A DNA stretch of 64,000 nt from Balanoglossus misakiensis. Taxonomy: Eukaryota; Animalia; Hemichordata. Location: assembly GCA_040954595.2 (NCBI GenBank), contig CM082581.2, positions 6,130,699-6,194,698 of the forward strand, read 5' to 3'. A program made the translations under genes and the position numbers. Shown piece after piece: positions 49,401-61,500 of this stretch (positions are counted from its first letter, which is position 1; each line of letters begins with the position of its first letter). The notes below the pieces were generated by a model. That model worked only from the letters and a program-made list of their open reading frames with translations. It did no database searches and was not told the origin of the DNA.

Positions 49401-50865
49401 AATACGCGTTTGCTAAGATGGCTTACTTCTTCTGGGTTCAAATGCATCATGTTATATCACTAGTTTTTCATCGAAAACATTCTATTTTGGATTCGAACTC
49501 GTGCCTGCCGCAAGCTTCGCGGAAGTTCACACACAAAAATCGGTCACATACCTGCCCGACAAACACACCCGCCAATAAAACGTATTTGACATTTCACTGA
49601 ATCGATGGTTCTCTCATAAACATCATGGATACCACCATAAATAACGTGCAGACAAGATTTCATGTTCATCTTTGTGAACTCTCAGACTTTTGCCCTTTCG
49701 GGCAAATCTTAATCACAAAGCAACGCAAAACACGACGATGAATTTTTGAAGAGAATTACATGTAACCGTTGATAATAACCTCAATACTAATAATCAATAT
49801 TTTAAGCTTTACTCTATTTGACATATAGGCTCTTGTCCTAATCGGCTTGCCTCTTGTACACTTGACTAGATACGGATTGTTCAACGTAAAGATTTTATGA
49901 ATTTGCTTCTGGGAACGTCGGAACGACCTATTCTGCATGTGTGATTGACTTAGGAAGTTGAAATCGAACTCATCCATATCTTCATTTGTGTAAACACTGA
50001 CGTATTCACCTTTTCTTCGAATAATTCCGATGTTGATTTGTATTTTTCTCGAGGTTGCCTATGGGACGGTATTACAAGGTTCAAATATAATGACATTTGT
50101 GTTGTTACCCCCCCCCCCCCCCCGCGGCGTAAACGTGATTACGTCGATTGAAAAAAAAACTCAAGTTTACATGTGATCTAATGTACCGTGATTATGCATG
50201 ATGTTTCCTGGCACATAGCGAACTCGATGACGTCAGAGGGGTATTTATGGAAACTTGCAGATTTCCTGGTATAAGCTGACTGCTCGTGCATGCAAAGCCA
50301 TTATTGTCGGAGAAAAAAAGCACAATATAACACGGCCGTACAGTTTCATACGGATGCCGTAGCCATGACTTCAAAAGTGGCGAGTACAAGTGCAAAAGTT
50401 TTGACCATAATGTTCTTTATCAAATAATTGATCTACCAAAATTTCACGTACATTTGTTGAAAATTATCAAGAATCTCATCAACTTGACACTTGGACAGAT
50501 ACATCGTCCATTCGTGTATGTCGTACACCTATTGATCAGCGTAGCCTTAGTGTAATCTTCGTGGTTGCGCGTTCACAACTCAAATTACCAGTGCGGTAGG
50601 AAAAAGCTAATTAACTAGATTCATAATGCCCCCGCTGAATGTATACAGAGGTAGAAAGAATTCTCTGATACGTGCATAATGAGCAAGTTTCAAATAGGCA
50701 ATTAGAACGTTGTGTCAGGCGTCTACAATAGATGCCGCGTTAGTCAAGCCACAGTACGACAAGACATACAAGATGAAAATGACGGCTGTAAGCGGAAATA
50801 AAACCACCACTATAAGAGACTAAGTGAGTTTAATGCAATTGCCTTTATGTGTGTATGTAAGTTTG

Positions 50866-50870
<5 letters not shown>

Positions 50871-50896
<26 letters not shown>
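50871..50896. repeat. (GT)13 microsatellite
   Basis: Directly visible. Confidence 0.93.
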
Positions 50897-51879
50897 TCGA
50901 TGAAGTCAAAATCCCACTAAAAAACTTAGTAAACCCCAACGTGGCCATGAACGATACCATGATCGACGGCGCTGTTGTTGTTGCATTTATTGGGGTAGAT
51001 CCAGATGCGTGAACAGATTTTTCGTCACAACAAATTTACCTCCCAGCGGTCGGCCACCTGCGTTTCCCTGCCCCCCCCCCCCCCCCGCCAAGATGCGACT
51101 CAACGCACGCAACTCAACGCCACTACGGCTATTTACCGTAATGACGAGCACACTCTTTGAAAACATTGTTATTCCCAGGGGCACGGCGGCCGTGCAGTCC
51201 CTGCACGTGTTCTGGTCATATCCGTATAACCGCGAGTATAAGGATGCGCAAAAGTACCGCAGTCGAGCCTCTAAATGTTTAATATAGCTTAATAGCCCGT
51301 GTGACTTATAGGAAACAACATCTGTCAAACATCGCACACTGTTTTATTTACCAAAATTTATTGGATTTAGGCTAGGTACGTCCTATTAAAACAGATCCGG
51401 TCGATTGTTTGTATTGGAAAAAAGATAATTGAAATTTAATGTGATTATTAAAACAACTGTCGTAAAAAAAAGACTGCAATTCTGCGAGCGTGCGTGCGAG
51501 GCAAGTTTGAAAGGCTTCGGGTATGATCAGTTTAAAGCCGGAAAATACACTGGAGATAAGAATTGTTTTGTTTTTCTTCAAATCACGATTCGTTTTTTAA
51601 GGATAACGTATAAACCAGTGGGTAGATTGCTGACACGAAATCTTTTTCTAATAAAGGCTCAGTCATATCGGCAGACTAACTACTGTCGGTTTTCATTGAA
51701 AAGTCACCTTTTTCATCGGTCATCATCTGAATGGTAGCGTGGACGCCGAAGAAAGCTTTATCTTGTAATGTTCTTTAGGAAAAGTACAATCAAATCCTCC
51801 CCACCCCAAAAAATCGGCAGAAGTTCCCAATGCAATTATCTGATTGCATACCGGATCCTGTCGCGTTCAGAAATGATTG

Positions 51880-51943
51880 TTCACTCATTCATTCATTCTT
51901 TCATTCATTCATTCATTCATTCATTCATTCATTCATTCATTCA
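51880..51943. repeat. (TTCA)n microsatellite
   Basis: Directly visible. Confidence 0.93.
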
Positions 51944-53307
51944 GTCAACCGAAGAGGCATATAGAATGTAATCCATGGTTTCACACAAAAAATATGTAAA
52001 GACAAACGAACCAGAACGCATACAAATCGGACAGCAGATGGGAAAAGATTGTCAATTTTTATCTTATCTCGTTCTGATCGGCAGCTTATCTCAGACGGTC
52101 GTTATTTTCTTCTTGGGACGGCGTTGATAATCAGTAAAAGACTCAGTGTTCCATATCAATGTGAACTCCCTATCCCCCCCTATACCATCGCTGCAACGAG
52201 GTATGGTATGTCCTGAGAACACAGCCGACTACAGCATCATTCTAACTGTCTGACTCTCTGTTTCTCTGTCTCGTTCCCTCCCCTTCCCGCCCTCCGTCCC
52301 TCTGCCGACAAGTTTAGAAAGACACACTCGATATTGGACGTCACATGCGCATATCTTCATTTCGTACGTTTTCTTGTGTCCGCATAAGCAAGGTAATGCA
52401 TGCATGTCGATTTACAACAAAAGTATAATACAAATACTGCATGGCGCAAACCATGAGATGATATTCATAACAGCATCTTTTGATTCATGTTGTCAATTTT
52501 TTTAATATTCAGTACTCAGGACTGTGCGATATTGATGGACGCCGCTAAAGTTATATCAGATAGAGCAGGTTTTAACATAAATCTCCTGGCATGAGTTCAA
52601 CTTGTGCGTGTTTTCGCACATAATGTCGCGTGATCGCGCAGGAGTCCTGCCTACGCAAGAACCTGCATGGGGTTCAACATCAAAGCGGATAGTTCCCGAA
52701 GAAAAAAAATCTTCAGAGACGTATATCCAGAAAACAAAATAATGGTTCTTCAACCCATCCTAAACTGGCCTAGTTACGCTTATAAGAATCGAGTCGAGAC
52801 AGTCTTCGCTTTCCTTTACTCCGAGACATATCAAGAATGTTGATCTCAAAGACTTGCCTCATTTGAATGGAAGCCCATTGTATTTATCATTGAAATAAAA
52901 AGACATTGAAGATGGTAAATTACACTTGACCAAATGATGCAAAAAAGTTGTTGACAGAATGGAAGGGACAATTAAGATGTTGCCATGAGAACACACTGGG
53001 GCATAAAGTTTCCCAAATAGCGACAGCTGCGATATTATTGACCTGTCAGGCTGCAGGCTGCCGCCTACGTTGAATGCCTCATATGGCAACACCACAATTT
53101 GCTGCCATCACCATTAATTAACATGAATCTGCCAAAAGCCTATAATCGTACAGTCAAAAGACTGTCGGATTAATATTTGCTGCAGATTGTGTCAAATGTG
53201 GAACAGTCAATTCGGAAATCGTCATTTTTCATTAAATATGCAAATAATAATATAATTGACGCGACACGCCCACCGACTTCTCATCGGTTCTTGTCATGAC
53301 AGCACGT

Positions 53308-53331
53308 GACAGACAGACAGACAGACAGACA
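53308..53331. repeat. (GACA)6 microsatellite
   Basis: Directly visible. Confidence 0.85.
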
Positions 53332-55859
53332 TCGCTACAACATCAGCTCACTCGGTTTGAACACGGGAGCAACAAGTTATCGGCGACAAACACGGCGCGG
53401 CGGGCGTGCAGTTCATGTACTCTAAATGAGATTGCTACGCATTTTTATCAATACGCAATTATCACCAAATAGTTCCAATCACGGTGGATTCACTTGACCT
53501 TTTTCAAAATGTTCTCGATTGTCAACCACGAAAACCGTCGTTTGAGTACGTCAAAGTAGTCATGGCCGTGCAGCCATATAATATATACTCATTACCGGAG
53601 CATTCTCCGTTTTCAGTTATTTCTGGGATGTGGTAATACCGCAATAAACTCTACCTGCGAGAAAATGCACAGAAATTACGCTGATGCTACAGGGCAAAAG
53701 TCCTGTTTTCCCCCCAATATAGCGTCAGGTTGATCAACAGAATCTGCTTCAAACTTTTCTGGGTCTCGCCGTTTGCCACGCATTTAGGAAACGGGCTTTT
53801 GAGCCTGGTAGTATGCTCTCGTGCAACACGAGGTCACGTGACTGGCGCTACCACTACCGTTCAAGTATGGAGCGCAGCCACCGGTCAACTGGGCCTATAT
53901 GACGTCATACGACACATAATGCCAGAATTCTTTAGTTCACAAATGTTCGACCAACCAACTGTGTAGTGACGAGTGGAATCTTGCAGCTGCGTGCAGAGAT
54001 TCATGGCCGAGTTTACTCAAAATCTGGAACATCACACGCTCGAAAAATGAAGATTTATTGTCGCCTTTATTCCATTTCCATCTGTCCCTCCGGTTTCAAA
54101 AGCCCCCGGGTTACGTTTACATTTGTAGAGTACATGTACAATGTATATCATTTGTATATCCTGCATAACCTTAACAAGAGTGTTTGTTGTGCTTGTGTAA
54201 CATTGGGTGGTTTTTAAAGTGTTTTTAAGTGTTTTTGATGTTTTAAGTCAAACACATAGCAACAACGTCGCTGCTGTGACACCACTTGACTTCGGTTGTC
54301 TTTATATATAAGGTGGGCGAAATAACGTCACACTCTCAAGTGAAAAGCAGCCGAAATGGACTTAATTAATTTCTTTCTGACATAAAAGAAGTAATCAAAA
54401 CTTGGTTTAAAAAGAACGCCTCTTTTGATTCTCAGTATACGTCACTAAATGAGGTGTACCCGTATTCTTTTGTGACCGTTAACAGCAATGGACTCAGAAA
54501 GTATCAATTACTGGGTTCGTGTACTCTTGCGGGCAAGCGTGATTGGTACCTCTTGTAAGATTCTCGGATTCACCAGTTTCTCGAGGGTCCTAGGATATCA
54601 CGACCGGACAAACCTATTTCTACGTTCTCAACGAGAGCGTTTGTCGACGAGTACTTTTGTACAGAAGATTGAAGTTTTTTTTATGTTTTTTGGGTCAAAT
54701 ACAATAGCGGCAGTGCAGTTTTCACCGCAACACACCTGTCCATGACATCATTTCTCAAGTATGCTTCGACAGCATTTAACATCGGTTCAGAGAAAACGGA
54801 CAAGTAGTTGTATTGTGCTAAGCGTAATGAGCTCCTACATATAGCTGAGAAAAAATCTGACGGTAATTCGCAAAGAATGTGATCGCACTTCCTGGTGACC
54901 TGCCGCACTGTACTGGCTCCTCTGGTTCACCATCACTTGTACACATGTACGTTTGAATGATCACAATTGTCAAAAATCGCGTGTGGTCGTCCACATAGAA
55001 TGCATTAATTATGCAAATTAGGTCCACCCTGCACCGACGAGCGAGTATTCTCTATATTTTCCCCGCACATCATCATGAAGACAAGTCCACGCCAAAACCT
55101 GCACACATCAGCGAACACCACCGATATACGAGTACGCCCAGATGCTATTTTCACAGAGACACGTTACATCTGGTAATTTCACACGGAGAGCTCAATTTCT
55201 ACGTTCCATTTTTCTCGGTGATTGGCAAATGTCGAATCATGCGAATGTTCAAAGAGCGTGCTCCTAATATCGAGGATAGTTCATAGCGCTCACCGCTACA
55301 CGCTGATCTATGACACGGCACGGGCCACGCACATATTTTCCTCACAAATGGCTTCCTTTGTTCAGCCAGGTATCATCAACTGAAACTATCAATAAATTGC
55401 CTGATGGGCTCAGTACTTCGCTGTGTCAGAGTATGCCAGTCCCCGTCTGAACGTGACAAGTCGCAACTTGAAATATATTAAATACTTTAGCAATATATCG
55501 CAGTTGAATGCCACCGGTTTGTTATTAACTGCTGGCTTCGTAGCAGTCGGGATCCGCACGGCGTAATTAAAGTCCAAATAAGAGGAAACGGGTAACACTT
55601 AGACCCTCCAAACATTGATCATTTAGAAGAGATACGATACGCCCTATTCGCTTTTTTGATAGTGGTTTGACTCCAAAGCAGAGTGTGTTAAGGCAAGTCT
55701 TCAAACACTGGTATAAACAATAGGCCTAACGAACAACCATACACAGTAGAAGCTACGTCTATGTTTCAGCTTTGATTTTAACAAACAAATAAATAATTTA
55801 CAACTTTGCAAGTTGAAAATGGCCGCCGCCGGCGATTAGAATGGCGGTGGCAACGTTTG

Positions 55860-55892
55860 ATCAGATAACGCGAGACTATCAGATAACGCGAG
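55860..55892. repeat. Short tandem duplication (atcagataacgcgaga x2, 18-bp period)
   Basis: Directly visible. Confidence 0.8.
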
Positions 55893-57299
55893 AGCATGAT
55901 ATGCATTTGACCACAGGCGGCCCAGCCAGGCCATGGGGAAGGTGGTTGGGCCGGTGGAAGCGTGACGCATCTCGGGTGTACAACAATCACAGTGCACAAC
56001 GATAGCATCTCGGGCAATGTGATAAGCCGCTCCCTTGACATTATGCACGGGGATGGGATATCACGTTGTTTAATATTTTATCCATCATTATCTCATCATT
56101 AGTAAACCACGACACATGTTATTACTTTGCCCCAAATCCTCTGCCAGTGAAGGTTATAAGTCAAGTTCGGCCGGGCCCGCTTCGCATTATATGCGCAAAA
56201 ACTTTTCCCACTTACTTCGCACGACTCGCCATGTTAGAAAGGAGTGTCGAATTACATGTACCTCGCAAGGGTTGCATATATATTTTCCCGCCAACACAAT
56301 CACAATACGCAAGCGCATATGCCGGACACGTTAAAGTGCTCGGGCAAATCATCTTCCTTTCGTTTGCCGCAATATGCAGACAGACGACCGTTTTTGTAGC
56401 TTACACGACAAATATGCGCAGCTGGAACGCAAGTGCGAAAATGAGTGTCCACACAGAGACTATACGAGCACGCAGACGGTTTCCGTCGCGACACCGCGAT
56501 ATATAACGCACATGTCTGAAACGTGGGTAGGCCTTGAGATTATTACACGCAAACGCTGCATTCCACATATATATGTACAAAATGTACCCTGTTCCGCAAT
56601 GAAAATTGGCTGTTCACTGCGGTTAAATTCCGAGTGCTCAGAAGCCTCGACAGAACAACTGAATATTGGACCGTATCGTTAATACTTTGCCGAGTTGCGC
56701 AAGAGATATGTTTTACCTGAGCGGCGTTTCTTGGCTACATCGGCGATGAAACTAACTTCTGGCCTGGATGGAAGGTTTAAAATATTGAACTGGAATACGG
56801 TTTTGTCGAGATTTTCTGCTAAATGTGGCATCTTATTTTACCTAGACGCTAAGACCGAGCTATTGGTCTGTATCAATACGTGCCGCATTTTTGCTAACAC
56901 ATGTGACGTATTGTATGACTGTAACTGATCATAAACTCCATAACTACTTTTGATGCATACGCTCATTATGTAATAATACAATTCAAACACGTTGGTGCAA
57001 CGGTGTGTTATATTTCTGATTTGTATTAAAACTTTGGAATGAAAACAATGCCGTGAGAAAGGTCCCCTACAATGACGCCTGTTGACACAGATCTGCGTCT
57101 ACGTGTTAACATTCCACAAGCTATCCTGCCGTATGGCAGGTGTGAGTGCGTCGCAGGTGCAAAAATGTACCACTTGGATAAAATGTTTTCTTTACAGTAG
57201 CCATACACTGAGAGGGTGGCTCGGGCCCCGCCGGAAATGGTACCATTTACTGTGCACCAAAATAAATAGGGTGAAACTGAAAATGAGACGTTTACTCAC

Positions 57300-57609
57300 A
57301 CATTGCTTCGCCGAGCAGCCAGGGCCTGATCACGTAGGTCTCCAGCAGGGCCACGGGCACGCAGACTATCAAGACGAGCAGGTCGGCCACGCTGAGGTTG
57401 ACCAAGAAGTAGTTGGTGGAACTCTTCATGTCCTTGTTGCAGCAGACGACGAAGAGGACCAGAATGTTGCCGACGATGCCGAGCAGGAAGATGACAGCGT
57501 AGAAGGTGGTGGCCGCCGCCAGGGTGATGTGCGAGAGCTGGTGCTCGTCCGCGAGCCACTCCGCCGAGCTGTTGGTGGTGTTGTTGCCGCCGACGACGCT
57601 GTACGCCAT
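57300..57609 (-). CDS. ETH-receptor-like class A GPCR, first coding exon (N-terminus, TM1, TM2, ECL1)
   Basis: MAYSVVGGNNTTNSS (N-glycosylation sequons), GIVGNILV (TM1), KDMKSSTNYFLVNLSVADLL (TM2), PWLLGEAM; phase-1 donor gtgagt splits the TM3 Cys codon. Confidence 0.9.
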
Positions 57610-58532
57610 CGCGCTCGGCTCTCGTGTCTTCCCCGGCAAGTTGGGCTCGGCAGGCAGAGAAAAAAAATACACAACGAAGACGACCGTTTCACTTCGATGA
57701 GCTCCTCTTCAGGTATGAGCCGCCGAGGTAACCGCCGATCGACTATAAACGCATCAACATGATGATCAACGTGAGCTGTCCTGCTAACGGTGTCACGGGG
57801 TTTCTTTCGACCAATAAATCACCTGGAAGTCCCCGGCTCGTCAATAGAAAAGCCCTTTAACTCGCTGAGTAAATGACGTGACCACTCTTAATTTAAACAA
57901 CACCGTAGCTATATCGTTAACCACACCATGAAAGAGCGTATGATTAGCCTTTTGGAGAACGTCTAGCTAATTATGCCTCCTTGGTGGGAAAATTACCCCC
58001 TCATAGAGTCCACGCGGGGAGATTTCAATAATTAAATTCCAATCAAAATAATTGAAAGGAGTGTTCGAATCCCTGCACGTCTCACTCTATGTTCACATCT
58101 TGACTCACAAGAAGGTATGGCGAGCGCGAGCAAGCAAATCTCCATCCATCCATCCATCTGCCTATCTATCTATTATCTAATCTATACTATCTATATTTTG
58201 AGCGATGGTCGATCGAATATATAGTGACCCGTTTAGCGCGGCTATAAAAGAAATTGGGAAGTCAAATCTTTAAAATAAACGTGATATGTTTACCGTTGAA
58301 GAGATGGCCATAGCAATGACTCGATGACATACGATGTGTGCAAGCTGACTGAATCCGTCATTGAACCGTAAAGGCGACGACAGACATCAACGTGTAGGTT
58401 ACAGTCAAATGCATAAACACGTGCGTGAATGTAAATTGTAAAACAGGACAATTGTCTCTCACCTAACGCCAGAATGATGTTTTCTGACATAGCCCAAAAT
58501 TACCATTATAACTTCCGTTAGGGATGAATACT

Positions 58533-58546
58533 GTTGCTATGGCAAC
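58533..58546. promoter_or_regulatory. RFX X-box motif GTTGCTATGGCAAC about 0.9 kb upstream of the GPCR ATG
   Basis: Matches the X-box consensus GTYNCY-AT-RGNAAC. Confidence 0.45.
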
Positions 58547-61500
58547 AACCCCCGTCATTTTTCGATAACCAGTTCAGCGCAAACCATATTTTGAAATGTT
58601 GTATAAAGCAGTGCTTAAATCGTTACGGGACTCAAGTCAAACGTTAGAATATCGAAACCTCAGTCATACACAAGCGTTTATTTTTCTTCATGAAATTTCT
58701 TGTCCTTAACCAAGGCGCACGAAACACAATAAATTTACAATGGGACGACAGTTAATGACACAACCACTCCTGCAATATTTGGACAAATGTAGTGTTGTTT
58801 AGTACGTGAAAATGAGATCATTAGTGACTTACAGTATCTACTGGATCCGCATTATGTAAATTTTTCCGGCTTTTATAACTTAATTTTTTTGTGTGTGATC
58901 CCAGACACAAAAATAGAAGTTGTTCTCACGAGAATTACATGAAACGACGTATGAATTCGCATTTGACATTTCTTTTCACTCAACGTGTCGTCATTAGGAC
59001 CGTCGCCGTCAAGGCTCACGCGTCCGAGGTGACGTCAGGGCAGGGCCTTATGAAAGAAATACCAGCCGTCGGAGCGGCAATTTACACGAAGAAGCAGGGT
59101 CGATCCGAACCCGAACTTGCTCCTTGATGACTGCAGTGATGTTGCGAGGACTACCGGGTAATTGTTTTCAGTTAGAGGGTCTAAAATTTCGTTGAAGTGC
59201 TGAGTCAGCAATTTTCTTGCACTCCAACGATATGTTTTAAGTGACAGAAATGTCTGAATCACGCCAGCCCGCAGGTGTCCTTGTACATGTACGTGGTTGG
59301 ACAAAGCCTTTCCTTCGGCACGCCTTTTGTGGAAATTTCACGAAAATGAGATTACTACAGTGGCGCTTTTGTTAAATCCGGCATGTATAGAAAGGCTGTC
59401 TAATATGATAACCACCAACTACCTCCCGGGAGTCCCCCATCTTAATTTCGTTTAAACATTACCCATCGTGATCCTCTAGGGGCATCTTACACAGCTATAT
59501 TAGTACAACGGGCGTCCTTGGAGTCTAAAAACTTGCCATTTGCTGAATATACAAAAAATCGCGTCGTTAACACACAAGCGTCGACCGAGAATATTGACAT
59601 GTCTGTAACAGTCAGACACTGGCGAGGCGTCGACTTGTTCCCAAGGTTTGGCCGCTAGTTCAAACACGTGACAAAAAGTATGCGTTTGCCTTTAATTCTT
59701 CTGATTTTCCAATTACAACACCAGTACATCTCAGTACATCTCCTTCAAGCGATTAAACATTACCAAATTAACTCTGGGTCTCTTAATTGTGTCGAACAAA
59801 CAAACTTCCCGCAAGTTTTGAGAAATAAATTACATATTAATTAAAACAAGCCTTCGGCGGTTAAATGTAGAGACAGATTTGGAAATTGACTTCTTCGGTG
59901 AATTGAACGGGGCGATTTCTGCCAGTGGTTATTGAATCAGTACAAACCAAACAACTGTCTGTCTGTCTGTGTCTCTCTGTGTCTTTCTCTGTCTCTCCCC
60001 CCCCCCCCTCTCTCTCTCTCTGTCCAATCAACGACCATTTCTCTCTCACATACACACACAAAAACGAGTTTTTATTTATAATAACTAAAACTGCTGTGGG
60101 GGATTAGGAGTATAGAGCAGAGCCAGAATTTTTAACGCGTGAGATTGACCACCCACATGCTTCTTATGTGTTCCTCTTCGCTTCGAAATATTTCAACGCA
60201 AGTATAGTAAATTAATATTGACCCCGTTGACAATTGAATCTGCTGCAATATGCCCTCAGTCAAATTCTTTTTTCTTATATTAAATCAAGGCGGATTGACG
60301 CATTACATTCGATGCATGGAGATTGTGCGGCCTTGACGGTTTAGCGGTTTAGATCGAAAGCGCCTTCAAGTCGTTAGAATGACGATCAAACAGTTTGCGG
60401 ATAAAAATAGCCCAGTGATAATCTATCGGCAAACATGTTACGCAGTGCACAAACACAATTTGGACGTCATATTGGTAAATTGCTTCATGTCTGATATTTT
60501 ATTAAAGAAGGGCATCGTGAGTGATGGTGGGGCCGAGCCCGTTCACGTGCGACGACATGCATCCAGATCTCGTGGACACACGGGTGCTGTATTAAAGGGA
60601 GTTTCCGAGATCTGATACTGTGGGGCGCTGAGAAATCTAAAATTAGAGAAAGGGTATAACTAGAAAACCTGTCAGTTACAATATCAGGCGCCGAAAAGTA
60701 AACAGACCGTGGCGAAAGACTCCTACCGAAGAGATAATATGTAATAGAACAGTGTATTGAATCTGTAAACGACACCTTCAATTGTCCACAAAGTCATAAT
60801 GATTCTGCCCAAATCGCTCATTTTATACAAGATGGTGAAACTAGCAACGCGGTCTGGGAGTGTCGGGAAATGTTCTAGCTAATAATCTGCCGCGCACGTC
60901 AAGCGTACCGTGCAAGGAACAGAAAGATAAACAGCTGTCAATTAATCAGACATATAATTGGAGATTAAACGGTGTCTGGAACGAAAGGGGTCACCTTAGC
61001 CCACTTTCGCTAAATATTTTGCCCATAGACAAACCGGTTGGTGAAATATGCTGACTCGGCAGTTTTCTTCAACTATCGACTAAATTCGCGGCCTTGTATT
61101 TCGACCCGATATATTTTATTATGGATTTTTATTATACACACAAATGAGAAACAAAAAGCCCGCAATTTAAAGAAATGACAATACTTTCAATTATACTGAT
61201 CGTGCATCCTTGTCGACGAGGAATCTCAGCGTCCAACAGGTGCCCTTCTCCTTCATTGCGGTCGGAAATCTCACGTTATACTCAGTCCCATTCACTTGGC
61301 TTCGATGCAGATTGTTACTAGTAACACCACAGCTAAGGGACGATGAACCTTTCCTTAATCGTTGCACCCCATGTGCTGTTTTCCCTGTCTTTGATATAGA
61401 ATCAACAGCTGTCAGACCTGATCAAACAACATTAGGTAACATGTGCGTAATTACTATATACTCACATACCGTAAATCAACCTTTACACAATGTAATTTCA

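Larger units (their letters stand above)
19240..57299 (-). other. 38,060-bp intron of the GPCR gene
   Basis: GT..AG ends join the two GPCR halves in frame with no missing segment (WLLGEAM-C-KMVPFF). Confidence 0.82.

Noticed and set aside
19240-57299. Alternative ETHR-A/B-type exon, nested gene or transposase inside the large intron
   Set aside because: No ORF in the track shows TM, transposase or reverse-transcriptase motifs; short or decayed exons cannot be excluded by eye.
57082-57762. 226-aa acidic plus-strand ORF
   Set aside because: Antisense shadow of GPCR exon 1.
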